In this document: in pieces, positions 38,379 through 49,800 of the stretch
How positions within the stretch are numbered: position 1 is the stretch's first letter
Layout: each line of letters starts with the position of its first letter
Source: Monocercomonoides exilis PA203
Lineage: Eukaryota > Protista > Preaxostyla
NCBI GenBank assembly: GCA_001643675.2
Contig: LSRY02000003.1
Span: 1,798,001-1,862,000, forward strand
DNA: 64,000 nt
Direction: 5' to 3'
Notes under the pieces: model-generated
Told to the model about the DNA's origin: nothing
Seen by the model: the letters and a program-made list of their open reading frames with translations, nothing else
Databases searched by the model: none
Position numbers and translations under genes: made by a program

Positions 38379-40471
38379 GTCCAGTTCACGAGGAAACAGA
38401 GCAGAGGAGGCACATTGGAGGGAGAACCGCTTTGTTTCTCTCAGCATGGAAGCGAATCGGAGGAGAGAAATTGATAAGCAATGGAGTGCAGGCCATGTGG
38501 AAAAGCAAGCAGTCCAGGAAAGCTCTCAGCAGAGCGCAGTTCAAAGATGGAGCGTGTCTTCTCAACCAACAAAAGATCGAGGAATTCAAGAAAATATTAG
38601 AAGAACAGTTACGAACAGGAGTTGCTATTCCAATGGAGCAGAAGGAGGTCAAACACAGAAACAATTTGTCCCTCATTCAAAAGAAGTCAGGCAGCTGGAG
38701 ACAGATTCTCGATTGTCGGAAACTAAACGTAGCAGTGAAGAGAACACATTTCAAGTGCGACGGAGAAAAAACAGTAGAACGACTTAGAAGACGGAAAGAT
38801 TACGCAGTCTCCCTAGACTTGAAACAAGCTTATTATTTAATTCCAGTTTCAAGAGAACTAATTCCCTATCTTGCTTTCAGATTCATGGGAAAAGACTACT
38901 CCTTCAAAGGCATGCCTTTCGGCTTTGTAGATGCCCCGCGCCTGTTCACACATATAATGAGGAAGGTGACAGCGGAGATAAGAAGAAGATGGGATGTCAG
39001 AGTCGTTGCCTATTTGGACGATCTTCTTTTTCTGCATCTAGATCAAGAAGTCTTGAAGAAAATAATTCAGGAAATCATCTCGTTTCTAGAAAGCCTTGGC
39101 CTTCTGATAAACAAAAAGAAATGCAACCTCATACCGAGTTCGCAGTTCAGCTTCCTTGGATTCGAATGGAATACAACCAGCTTCGATGTGTGTCTAACGA
39201 AGGAAAGAAGAAAGGCAGTGCGAGAGCTGTGTCACAAGTGGGAGAGAAGGTGCATAAGAGCCAAGACCGTCAGAGTGAAGGATTTCGCATCATTCGTGGG
39301 AAAGCTCAGTGCAACGCGCTTCGTTCTTTCAGACGCATCTTCACACCTCCAATCCATCTACAAATTGTTGCAGAAAGGAGTTACGACAGGCGGACGGGAT
39401 GGAATGATGAAGCTGTATGCGTCAATCCTCCTACAGATAAGAAAATGGAGATGGATGTTGATGAAGAACCCCAGACGCAGACTAACTCCAGTGTTTATTC
39501 CAGAAGCAGTGCTAACCACAGATGCATCAGAAAGCTCCTGGGGAGCAACCCTCAGACTAAACAGAATGTCACTAGATTGACACAGTCGTTTTCCATTCGC
39601 AGTGAAAAACCAATTATTTAACTTCAGAGAACTAAAAGCTGTAGAACTTGCCCTAACACATTTTGCACCAATCCTAGCAGAAAACCGGATAGCACAGTTA
39701 CAACTTCGTTCAGACAAATCTTCAGTTGTTTTCAACGTGAAAAGATGGAATGCAGGAAGGAATCTCCTCCAAACACTCAAAAGGATATGGACATTGAAGG
39801 AGAAACTGAAAATAGTCCTGAAAGCAGTTCATCTCCCCGGATTTCGAAACACAAGAGCCGATGCTTTGTCCCGCCTGGAAAGAGCAGGAGACTACAGCAT
39901 TGCAGACAGCGAGCTCAAAGAAATCTTGTCTGTTCTTCAAATTACTCCAACGCTGGACGCCTTTGCAGCTCAACACAACCACAAAGTCGATCGTTGGTGC
40001 GGAATAGGAAGCCCATTGGGAGAAGACGGTCTAGCATATCCATGGAAGAACGAGTGCGTTCTGGCACACCCCCCAGTTCATCTGATACCAATGACGATTC
40101 CGAATGCACAGAAGGAGAGAGTACAAGTAGTATTACTCCTGCCGAACTGGAAGGGGCAGAACTGGGATGTATTATTGGAGAAGACGCCTCATCAGACATT
40201 CGAATGGAGGAGTCTGAGAACAGTACTGAGAAAGGGTCCATCAATTACAAACACAGGTGCATGTCTTTCTCCAGGCCGGTTGAAAGTCATATTGATCAAT
40301 CCACCAGAGGGAAAGGCGAGAGCTGGTGGAGAAGGGCGTTGGAAGAAAGATCTTTCTCAGTTTCATTGGCAGAGGAGTGCAGATCGGGAATTGCTCAGTC
40401 GACGTGGGATGGATATTTATTCGGCTTCGCGCATTTTGGAGAACAGTGGGAAAAGAGTGATATGGGCATAA
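38342..40471 (+). pseudogene. DIRS pol: reverse transcriptase, RNase H and Dam-like methyltransferase (one in-frame TGA at 39578)
   Basis: RT: ILDCRKLN, SLDLKQAYY, GMPFG, YLDD, FLGF. RNase H: TTDAS..WGA, RELKAV, LRSD, HLPG..NTRADALSR. MT: LDAFA...DGLAYPW...AHPP. Confidence 0.92.
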
Positions 40472-41427
40472 TTCCAGAGGATATTCATGAATGGGCCTTT
40501 CGATGTTCGAGTATTTTCATTACACTCAAAGACAATGGAATGAAACTGTCATGTTTGCAACTTATCCGCTCAGCGGTCTCATTCTTCACAAGCTTGGTTT
40601 TCAACACAAATTTGGGGGATATTCCTATAAAAAAAATATTGTTCAGAGGGTTTAGAAGAACGGAGATGACAAGAAAGAAGAAGATTCAAGAGATCTGGAA
40701 TCCGAAGACCATTTTGACATACTTTTCTAATCTTGGAGAAAATCAGAACTTGAGTTTCAAACATCTGACGATGAAAGCCATTGTGCTCACCATGCCATTC
40801 ACTGCGTGCAGGTTTTCAGAGTTGGAAAGAGTATATATGGAAAGATCAAGATTCGAGCATGAAGGAATATATCTAGACACTAGGCTAAAAACATCGCTTA
40901 ACCGAACAGAGATTGCTGTTCCTTTTTTAAATGAAAACATTTCAATTTGTCCAGCTTCGACCATTTAGGTTTTGTGGGAAGAGATACAGAAAAGAAAACC
41001 AGATGGAAATAAATTGTTTTTTAATACCGAAACTTTTCATCCTTTTACAGTGGAAGGTATTAGACGATTTGCAAAGGAGACTTTGAAGGAAGCAGGAATA
41101 CCAAGCCATTTCACTCCTTATTCAATAAAGGCTGCTACGCTTTCAACGCTAACGATGTCCGGAATACCACCAACTCAGATTGCGAAGTCTGCCCGTCTTT
41201 CACCTAGAACAGACACTTTGGTGAAGCATTATGTGAAGGCCAATCTTGCTTCAACCTTGGGGAAAGTGATTGCCTCAACCATGAATGTTCCCAGTGAAGA
41301 GTTAGCAAACAATCCGTGTGCAGAAAATGGTGTCAAGATGTGCGTCAGACCAGACAGAGACCAGAAGAACAAAAAGGAGAGACGAGAAATGGAATCTGGG
41401 ATGGTACTGAGGGATAAGAAGCGCTAG
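40260..41427 (+). pseudogene. DIRS tyrosine recombinase (in-frame TAG at 40966); start approximate
   Basis: IRSAVS, TACRFSEL (catalytic Arg), RLKT, ICPAST, PYSIKAA, KHY (catalytic Tyr). ORFs 39745-40968 and 40972-41427 share one frame. Confidence 0.85.
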
Positions 41428-41642
41428 ATGAAGCCAGGTTTGAGTGAGGAAGAAGCTAAAAATTCTTTTGAATTCCCTTCCAGAGTTGACGAGCCTGATG
41501 AGGAGATGGAGGAACAGAAGTCACTTGGAGAACAATTCATTATTCGAACAAGATCACAAGCAAAAAAGGAGGAAGAGAGCAACAAAGCAAAGAAGACGCA
41601 CACTGTGGTAGTTATGATGGCTTCATCATCCAACGAATTGAT

Positions 41643-41743
41643 TCTCTCAAAAAGAGAAGGAATTGATGAAACACTTTCTTGATAATTAAGGTGCTTATGC
41701 ACTTTAATTAAAAAAGAAAGTGGAGAATCAATTCCTTCTCTTT
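41643..41743 (+). repeat. DIRS internal complementary region (ICR)
   Basis: Its reverse complement equals the right end (...ccactttcttttttaattaaa) joined to the left end (attaaagtgcataagcacc...), i.e. the circle junction. Confidence 0.93.
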
Positions 41744-42342
41744 GCCCACCACCGTTTTCACTCCCACCCTTTGAAGTTCTGTTTTCAAAACTGTTAATGT
41801 TTTTGTTGTTCCTTCTCTTTGCGCTTTTTGGTTTTGTAAGCGCAAAGCGGTTTTTTATCCAATTCACCAAAACACACAAATGGGCGACTGATTCATAGAT
41901 TGTGGCGTCTCTCAAAAAGAGAAGGAATTGATTCTCCACTTTCTTTTTTAATTAAAATCTATATTTCAAAAAAAGAAAGATAGAAAGGAAAGATAGAAAA
42001 GTGAATAAAAACAACTGTTTCTTCAAACATTTATTTCAATATTCATCATTCACATAATATCTTAAATGTCTCAAAAGTTATGGATGAAAGAACAAGTTTC
42101 ATGATTTACTCCCATTAATTTCATTATTTCAAACACAAACAGCATGACAGCTCTTCCCTCATCTTTATTTGGAACAATATTCTTTGGGTTGCCGGAACAA
42201 AGCAACGAAATAAGAGATTTGAGGTTTGTTGCAAGTCATTCCAATGGAAATTTTGTGAAAAATTTTTTGTAGACAAACTATTCCCCAAAATATAACTGTA
42301 AGTCATGAAGACTGTTCAACAAGTTATATCGAAGCAAGAGTA

Positions 42343-44396
42343 ATGCAAAACACTTCAATAGACAAAGATCAATCAGATTCAAACTCACTTTCAAACTACA
42401 CTCCTTCAAAAAGGAAAATAAGTTCTGAAAGCTTCAACAGCAGAGAATTAGTAGAGCGAGATCAATATTCCTCTTTTGACAATTCTGATAATTCTCCAAC
42501 TGAATTATCGAAGGCAGCAAAATCTGAGAAGAGGAGCAAGCCTGAACAGCTGAAAGCTTCAAGCAATGAAACAAAACTTAAGAAGAAAAAAGGAATGGTT
42601 GCTTCAAAAAGAAATAAATTCCCTGATTCCAACTCATTGAAAGAGAGAAGAGATTTACAACTTGAAGAAATTGATCATATGGATATTCATTCCGAAATAA
42701 ACGAGGATGATGATGAAGCCTACCGAATTCTATTTGACTCTCTTTTGAATAACCCAGACGATGAACATCTTCGGCTTCCAATTGACTTTCTTATAAAATT
42801 AGGCAACATAGTTCAATCGGAAATTAGCTCTATTCCAAAGCAGGGTCCAAAGAAAAGATTGACAACACACGACGAAATAGTTGTTTATTTGGAATGGCTT
42901 TCCAGCAAAACAACGTTAAAAAGGATTGCCTTTTCTCTTGGAATTTCAGAATCAATGGCTTGCAATTCGATCAAGAACATAAGACCTTTTTTATAAAATG
43001 CACTGGAAAAGATGTTCATCAATCCTCCAAGACCTCAATCTCCTTTGAATGAAGACTATCCGCAAGTTGCTCTTTTGGTTGATGCGACAACCATCAAAGT
43101 TTCTGCTCCTCCAATCCCACTTGAAGATTCGAAGCTTCTATACGATGGACACCATCAAGTTTACAGAATGAAATTTGAAGTTGCTGTTTCCGCGTGGTAT
43201 CCACATAAAGCTTTATTTGTATCAAATTCAGTAATGGGAGGTGTTCATGATGTGGCTTTATTTCGTGAAGGAAAAGAAAGATATGTTCAATATTTGAAAA
43301 TGACTGACAAAGAAAAAGAAAAAAATTTCAGCACTCTACACACATACAAATGGGCAGTAGTTGCAGATAAAGGCTATCAGGGTCATTTCACGGATATCGA
43401 TGTTATAACACAAATTAAAAAACACTCTATAAACAGCAAATTATCTTCATTTCAAAGAAAATTCTGTTTGACACATTCAACATTCAGTTCATGTTCATCA
43501 ACTAACTCTTTACCATGCAATTCATCGTTGAGCTCATCTTCTCCATCCACATCTTCATCTTCCTCTCCTTCTTTGGCTTCATCATTTTTATTAGGAACTT
43601 CTTCTTCCTCTTGCTCTCCTTCTCCTTATTTTACTATCTCCGATGATATTTCCTCTTCAGCATCATTAGAATTTGCTGAGATTAGATATTCATCAGATTC
43701 TACGTTCAACTCTTTTTAAATTCTGAAATTTCCACATCGTCTTCTGCTGTCCCATGTTCAGCATCTGAAATGCCTCAATCTTTTTCATTATCTTCCACAT
43801 CAAATCCATCGTCTGCATTCTTGCCTCTCTCGAAATCAGGTTTCACAAATCAAGATCAAACTCCTTCTTCTTCATCATTATTTTCTCCTTCATCTTCAGT
43901 TCATCAAACTTCGTTAACAAGTTCAAATCCTTTATCCCCTTCTTCAATTCTCAATTCATCTTTTTCTTTGGCTCTTTCACCTGTACCGAATTCATGTTCA
44001 CAAAATTCTTTAAATACGTCTTTCACAACTTCATGCTCAAACATCAACTCAACATATCCCTGCGCATCACACCCTCCTCTTCCTTCTTCAAATGCAAGTA
44101 ATTCTTTGATTTCTTCAACTTGTAACAAAAGTCAATCTCAAGACAGAATGGAAAAGTCAATCGAAAATTTCAACAAAAGTCTAGCAAAGTTCAGAATCCC
44201 AGTGGAATGGTTTTTTGGCAGACTGAAAAAGTTATGCCTCAGACTATCGGATATGTATACAGGTGGAAAACAGAATATTGATGCAGATGCAAAAATAGCG
44301 TGTTGGCTAACCAACATCGTTATTGACAGTAATTCTTTGGAACCAGCTGATGGAGTATTCTATAGAAAAGTGACAGAATACTCCATCAGAAATTAG
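42343..44396 (+). pseudogene. PIF/Harbinger (ISL2EU-like, DDE_Tnp_4) transposase, disrupted
   Basis: HTH LKRIAFSLGISES, VDATT, YDGHH, GGVHD, ADKGYQG, FN..LAKFRIPVEWFFGRLK. In-frame TAA at 42994 and a ~700-bp Ser-rich insertion with a frame change. TIRs not identified. Confidence 0.85.
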
Positions 44397-45023
44397 ATGG
44401 AAAAAAAATTGATAAAGGAGATCAACTATAAAGCCAGTTCAGAAAGAAAATTGATAAGAAAAATGTCAAATTCTTATAGCACTAACAGTTTTCCAATGCC
44501 TAGAAATACTATTTAATTATCTCAATTGTTTCTATTTCTGGAAGTTTTTATTGAATGTTATTTAAACATGTCATTTGAATTCATGAGAAGTTATGTCGTG
44601 TTTTCTTTTCAATCATTTAGTACTATCGAATAAAACATTTTCATTACATGTTCGTTACATAATATTTTCTGTTTCTCCAAACTCATCCAATATAAATTTT
44701 CGAACAACTTTTTTTTAGCAACTGATCAAATTATTACTATCAACAAATTGTTGAATAATATTAATGGTGAACGTTTTTTTATTGAATTAATAAAACACTT
44801 ATTTTTTTAACATCCTTTCTGTAATTTTAGAAAGCAAAAATATAAGTGGAAAATTGAAGATCTTCCCATAATTTTTATTTAATTTGAAATTTGTTGGTGA
44901 AACTTAAAATAACTGCCTTATTTTCAATTTTTCTAAAAAATTTCAAAATTTCTTGATTATTTCAAATAAACCTCGGCGTCACCCTGAAAAACAGAATCAT
45001 TCGTCAGTCACTTCGTCACTCAG

Positions 45024-45027
<4 letters not shown>

Positions 45028-45065
<38 letters not shown>
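45028..45065. repeat. Poly-T run (38 nt) just inside the left hAT TIR
   Basis: Homopolymer. Confidence 0.9.
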
Positions 45066-45069
<4 letters not shown>

Positions 45070-46780
45070 GAAAAATAATATTTGATTCTTTTTTATGCAA
45101 TCGATTATTGTTTTTGATAATGTTTTAAAAAATGAAAAAAATGTTAAAATAGACCCATTCTAAAATTTTAAAAATATATTGTCTGACTTTTGAAAATGGA
45201 AAACATCAAATTCTCTTAATTTTTGATAGAGCTAATAAGGAATGCTGCACACCTCAATAATAAACATGAAAATTATATTCAAACATTCTGGATTCCTACG
45301 GGAACAGAAACATTTTTTAAAGATCAGTATAGTGGAAAAACATGATGTCATTATTCATAATCTAAGAAAAAAGAAGTTGAAACTTTCACAAGTTTGATCA
45401 AGAATTTCTAATCTCTTTATCTATCCATTTTATTACATTTTATTGTTTTGCTTTTGTTGTTTGATATCTTTCATTTTTTGCTTTCAAACATATTTTCAAT
45501 GCACTGTTCATTGCTTTTTTCAACTTTTTCTTCTTTTTTATTCATCACCGCTTTTCATCAAAAGTGAACAAAACGCAATGATTGTGAAAAATGTGTTCAC
45601 TATTTAATGATTATCCATTATCATCTTATTTAAGTTCTTTGCCTCTCAGTTCTCTGACTGCTGTGATTTTTCATTCATTGCACTTCTGCCTTTCAGAACG
45701 AAATTCATTCATGTTGCAGTAGCACATACTCAGCCTCCTCCCCATCGAATAATTCGTCTTCTTCGGTTGGCGACTTTTTTAAGCCAGGGTGGTGGCATTG
45801 CTTTGAAAAGGAAGCACTCAGCACCTTCGTGAAGAGCGTCTTTGATGCAACCATGGTCTCTTCTGCAGAGCGCAAACAGTGGGACAACTACTAAAGATCA
45901 TTGCATTTAAGACTCCATATCACGCAGACATTAATGAATAGCTTCGCTTCTTTCTTCTAACGCTTATTCAAAATCATTTTCTTCTTTCTGAGCTTTTCAT
46001 CCTCTTCGATCTTCGTCAAACAAACAAAAGAATTTCAATTGGAATGTCTGCTCTTCTTTCACTTCCTTGTCTTCCTTCTTTTCATTTTCTTTGTTATTGT
46101 TGTTATAATTGTTTTTTTTCAAAAAATCAAATTTGATTCAATTTTTGTTGGGAAATCCTCAATATTTGATTTTTAAATTGAGAAATTTCCTTTCATCTTT
46201 TCCTTTTTTTTAAGTTTTTTTGATAATTGTGTTTAATGTTAAAAATCGTTCTATCATTTGCTTCCTTATGCTTTTATTAATTAAATGATGTAAAGTTGAC
46301 CTCAAATTCCAATCAATTAAGTGTTTTGAAAGTTATTAATTAAAAATTGGATAAAGGATATTCTGAGCAATTTGGAGCATTGGCATTTTTGCACGGAATC
46401 GAACATGACAGAAAACTACCATTTTCCCAGAGGCGTTGTACTTATAATCCCGTGAATGTTTGTAAAAATTACAATATTTTCAAAAAACATAAACTGAAAG
46501 AAAATTTCTATCATTTTAAAAATCATCTTTTTTCATATTAAAGGCACTAGGATTTAATATATTTGCTTTCTCAACGAACATCGAAACCTCCTTTTCATTT
46601 GCATCTTGTCTTTTGCATAATCCATTTTTGATAATAAATAATGATCATGATATTTTATATTCATTTTTATATATGAGGAAATTAGCACGTTCTCCTCTTT
46701 TGAGCAAGTCGTTTGTTCCGATATGCATGTAATTTTATTCTTGGCTTGAAGTTGTTCCTCCTTGAAATGCTGATCAGTCC

Positions 46781-47700
46781 ATGGAAATTGACAGTTACAT
46801 CAATTTTCAACTGATCGCGAAAAAGTCTTCCAAATTTCAATCGGATTTGAAAAAGAATACACAAGAATGCAGCAACTTTTATGAGGGAAAGAAGAAAAGC
46901 GGTGCAGATGCATTTTTCACTGCGACACAAACAGCTGGAGTGAACTTTCATTCTGTCGAGCAACAGAAGAGAAGTACAATTTGGCCATCACGAAGCTCAA
47001 CCGGTTCTTCGAAATGCGACATCTCGATCTCATCTGCAGCAACGGAATTGAATTTTGGCGAGCCACTGTACACTTTGCGAAAGAGGGCACAGAAGATGAT
47101 TTTCCGAAGCAGGACATGATTGCGCTGGCAGAGCTGTGGAGAGAAGGCTGCGGGTGGCTGGTGCCTGACGGGGCAGCGGTGTTCTTTGCGAAGAAGGAAG
47201 ACGGAGGCATTTTGGACGAGGTTCCTCTGCTGGTTGAAAAGCGGGTGTTTGCGATGCTGCAGACGAAGCCTCTTTTTCCGGTGAAGATAAACTTTGTGCT
47301 TGACGTATTGTTGTACTGCTATCCAGTCATTCTGAGGGAGAATAGCAGCCTTTTTGATTCGCTAGTGCATATGGGAAACAGTGAAGCCACGATCGATTAT
47401 GTTGCACATTCTGTGGGGTATGGGCAGATACAAGCAGATGAGCACATTTTGGAACAACGGGAGAGAGACAGAGAGAAAGAAGAAAACAACGAAGAAAAAA
47501 ACCCCAGTGGTTAACGATGCAATGCTTTCAGATGTTGAGCTGCTTCATGCCGCGCTGCAGCTGGGATGTCAGTACATTGAAGAGAATGCATTCAACTATT
47601 TTAGCTCTGCCTGGTTGAAATACTGGCTGGAGAATATGTTTGTACAAAGTAGCTGTTTGAGGAGCTGATGTGCCTGTCGCTCAGAGAGGAAAGAGCAGTT
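46781..47700 (+). pseudogene. Host-like gene fragment of unknown function (hAT cargo)
   Basis: GC-elevated, overlapping frameshifted ORFs (46781-47119, 46981-47514, 47381-47668) followed by GAA-rich tracts. No family recognised. Confidence 0.35.
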
Positions 47701-47724
47701 GTGTGGCAAAGGTGAAACAAGAGA

Positions 47725-47754
47725 GAAGGAGATGAAGGGGAAGAAGAAGAAGAA

Positions 47755-47786
<32 letters not shown>

Positions 47787-48310
47787 AGTGGAAGAAGAAG
47801 AAGAACCTAAAGTTATTCTTCGAGGAGTTGAAGAAGAAGAAGAAGAATGTTTAGGTGTTTGTTTTATTCTTCTTCTTGGTGTTTGAGTGGATGACGATAC
47901 AAGCAAAGGTTGTTTATCTGCTATTGGACTCTTATCGAAATTAGAATTCTTATCATTTTGAATGGAAGAAGAAGAAGAAGAAGTAGGAGAACAAAATGAA
48001 GAAGAAGAAGAGGAGGAGGAGGAAGAGGAAGAGGAAGAGGAAGAAAAAAAGGAAGAGGAAGAGGAAAAGGAAGAGGAAGAGGAAAAGGAAGAGGAAGAGG
48101 AAGAGGAGGAGGAAGAGGAAGAGGAAGAGGAAGAGGAAGAGGAAGAATTGCTAACATGGCGATGTTGAGAGGAAGAAGAGGAAGGAGAAGAGGAAGGAGA
48201 AGGAGAAGAAGAAGAAGAAGATGATGATGATGATGAAGAATGAGAGGGAGAAGAAGAAAACAAAAAAGAGGAAGAAGAAGAAGAAGAAGAAGAAGAAGAA
48301 GAAGAAGAAT
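47725..48310. repeat. (GAA/GAG)n low-complexity tract
   Basis: Visible purine triplet arrays. Confidence 0.85.
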
Positions 48311-49800
48311 GCTGGGTGAGAAGAAAAGGGAAATGACAAAGTATATCATCGAGTAGAAACAAAGTGAACATCAAAATATGAACGGAAATAACAATCAAAA
48401 GCAAACAGAACGAGAATGAAGGTTAGTTAGCATCTTCAACTTTTTCAACTTCTTTTCCTCCTCCTGCTCTCTTCCATTTGAATTCACCGTGGGGTTTCCG
48501 TTCGTGCTGTCATTGTCTGCGGAGCAGCTGCTTGTGCAGATGACGTGTGAGGCGCATCGTGTGGCGATAGCGTTTCTATCAGAAGAAATGAGGAAAGAAG
48601 CTCGTGAAATGAAGAAGAAGATGGAGAAGATGTGGATGAAGAAGAAGAAAGAGAAAGAGAAAGAGAAAGATACGAAGAATACTTTAATAGATGAGTTGAG
48701 AATGGAATTTCAAAAAAAGAGTAGAGAAGTGGAAGAGTTGATGAGAACAGTAAAATTTTAGATTGATTTGTATGTTTCAGATGCGTTGTATTTGTTTGAG
48801 ATTCCAAGCTCTTTTCATTCCAATCCAAAGACACAGCTTCAAAGGAAATTTCTGTTTGGAGACAAAGTCTATTTGATTATTGTTAGAATCACCTCAAACA
48901 CTGCTAATTGAGAAGGGAAAAGAAATTATAACAACAATATGAATAAGCCGAATTTTAATTCAAATTGAACAATCATGACTTCTTCTTCTTCCTCTTCTTC
49001 CTCTTCTTCCTCTTCTTCCTCTTCTTCCTCTTCTTCCTCGTCTTCAACTTCTTCTTCTTCTTCTTCTTCTTTTAATCTTCTAACTAAAAATTTTAAATGG
49101 CAGGTTCCTCCATTTTCATCTTCAAATTTTATTTGGATAAACAGATGCCTTTTAGATATTTTTCAGCTATTATGCAACTTCAAAACTCCCACTTCTATTT
49201 TTCCTTCATTCTGCATTGCACTCCCATTACAACACCATATCCCGCACAACTTTTATTACTATGTTTTCTTCTTCGTGCTTGACTTTTCCAAAGCTACATT
49301 CCCACTTGAATCTAACTCATTCAACAATCTCTTCTTCGTTCGCTCAGTCCACGTCTGTGACTTCTCACGAATCAAAAGTTAAATCCTTGCTGACATTCCG
49401 CTATATGATCAGAAAGAAGATGCGCTTGCACTTCTTTCATGCGAGTTGTTCTTCATCTGCGTCCGACTTTTCTTCCCACTCTTATAAAAACAGAGCAGAG
49501 AAATGAATATCTGTTCCTTGAAGCAAAGATAACTCGTTCGGTGAACTTATCTTAAAGAATTCAACAGTCGCTGCACGGATGATAATGGAGATGGATCTGT
49601 TGGAACTGGAAGAAGGAAGTGAAAGCTCAAGGAGTGAAGCGGCTGATGCATCAGAAACTATTTGCGTAGAAATGCTCAAATGTTGAAGAATGAATGAATG
49701 TTTCAATTTTGGTAATAAAATATGAGAAGATATATGTTTATTCGCATGTTAATGATAAACCTGAAATGAAAATGAAAAGAACAAAGAGTTTAATATATTA

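Larger units (their letters stand above)
37362..41956 (+). mobile_element. Full-length DIRS1-type tyrosine-recombinase retrotransposon
   Basis: Inverted terminal repeats (37403-37441 perfect vs 41894-41932, extending imperfectly). ICR 41643-41743 is complementary to both termini. attaaa lies at both ends and at the ICR junction. gag, RT-RNaseH-MT and YR ORFs overlap. Confidence 0.95.

Noticed and set aside
37464-43719. Alternative genetic code (TAA/TAG = Gln) to explain the many in-frame stops
   Set aside because: The interruptions include TGA as well as TAR. The 862-aa hAT ORF has many Gln codons, no internal TAR, and ends at TAA exactly after its conserved C-terminal domain. Ordinary pseudogenisation fits better.
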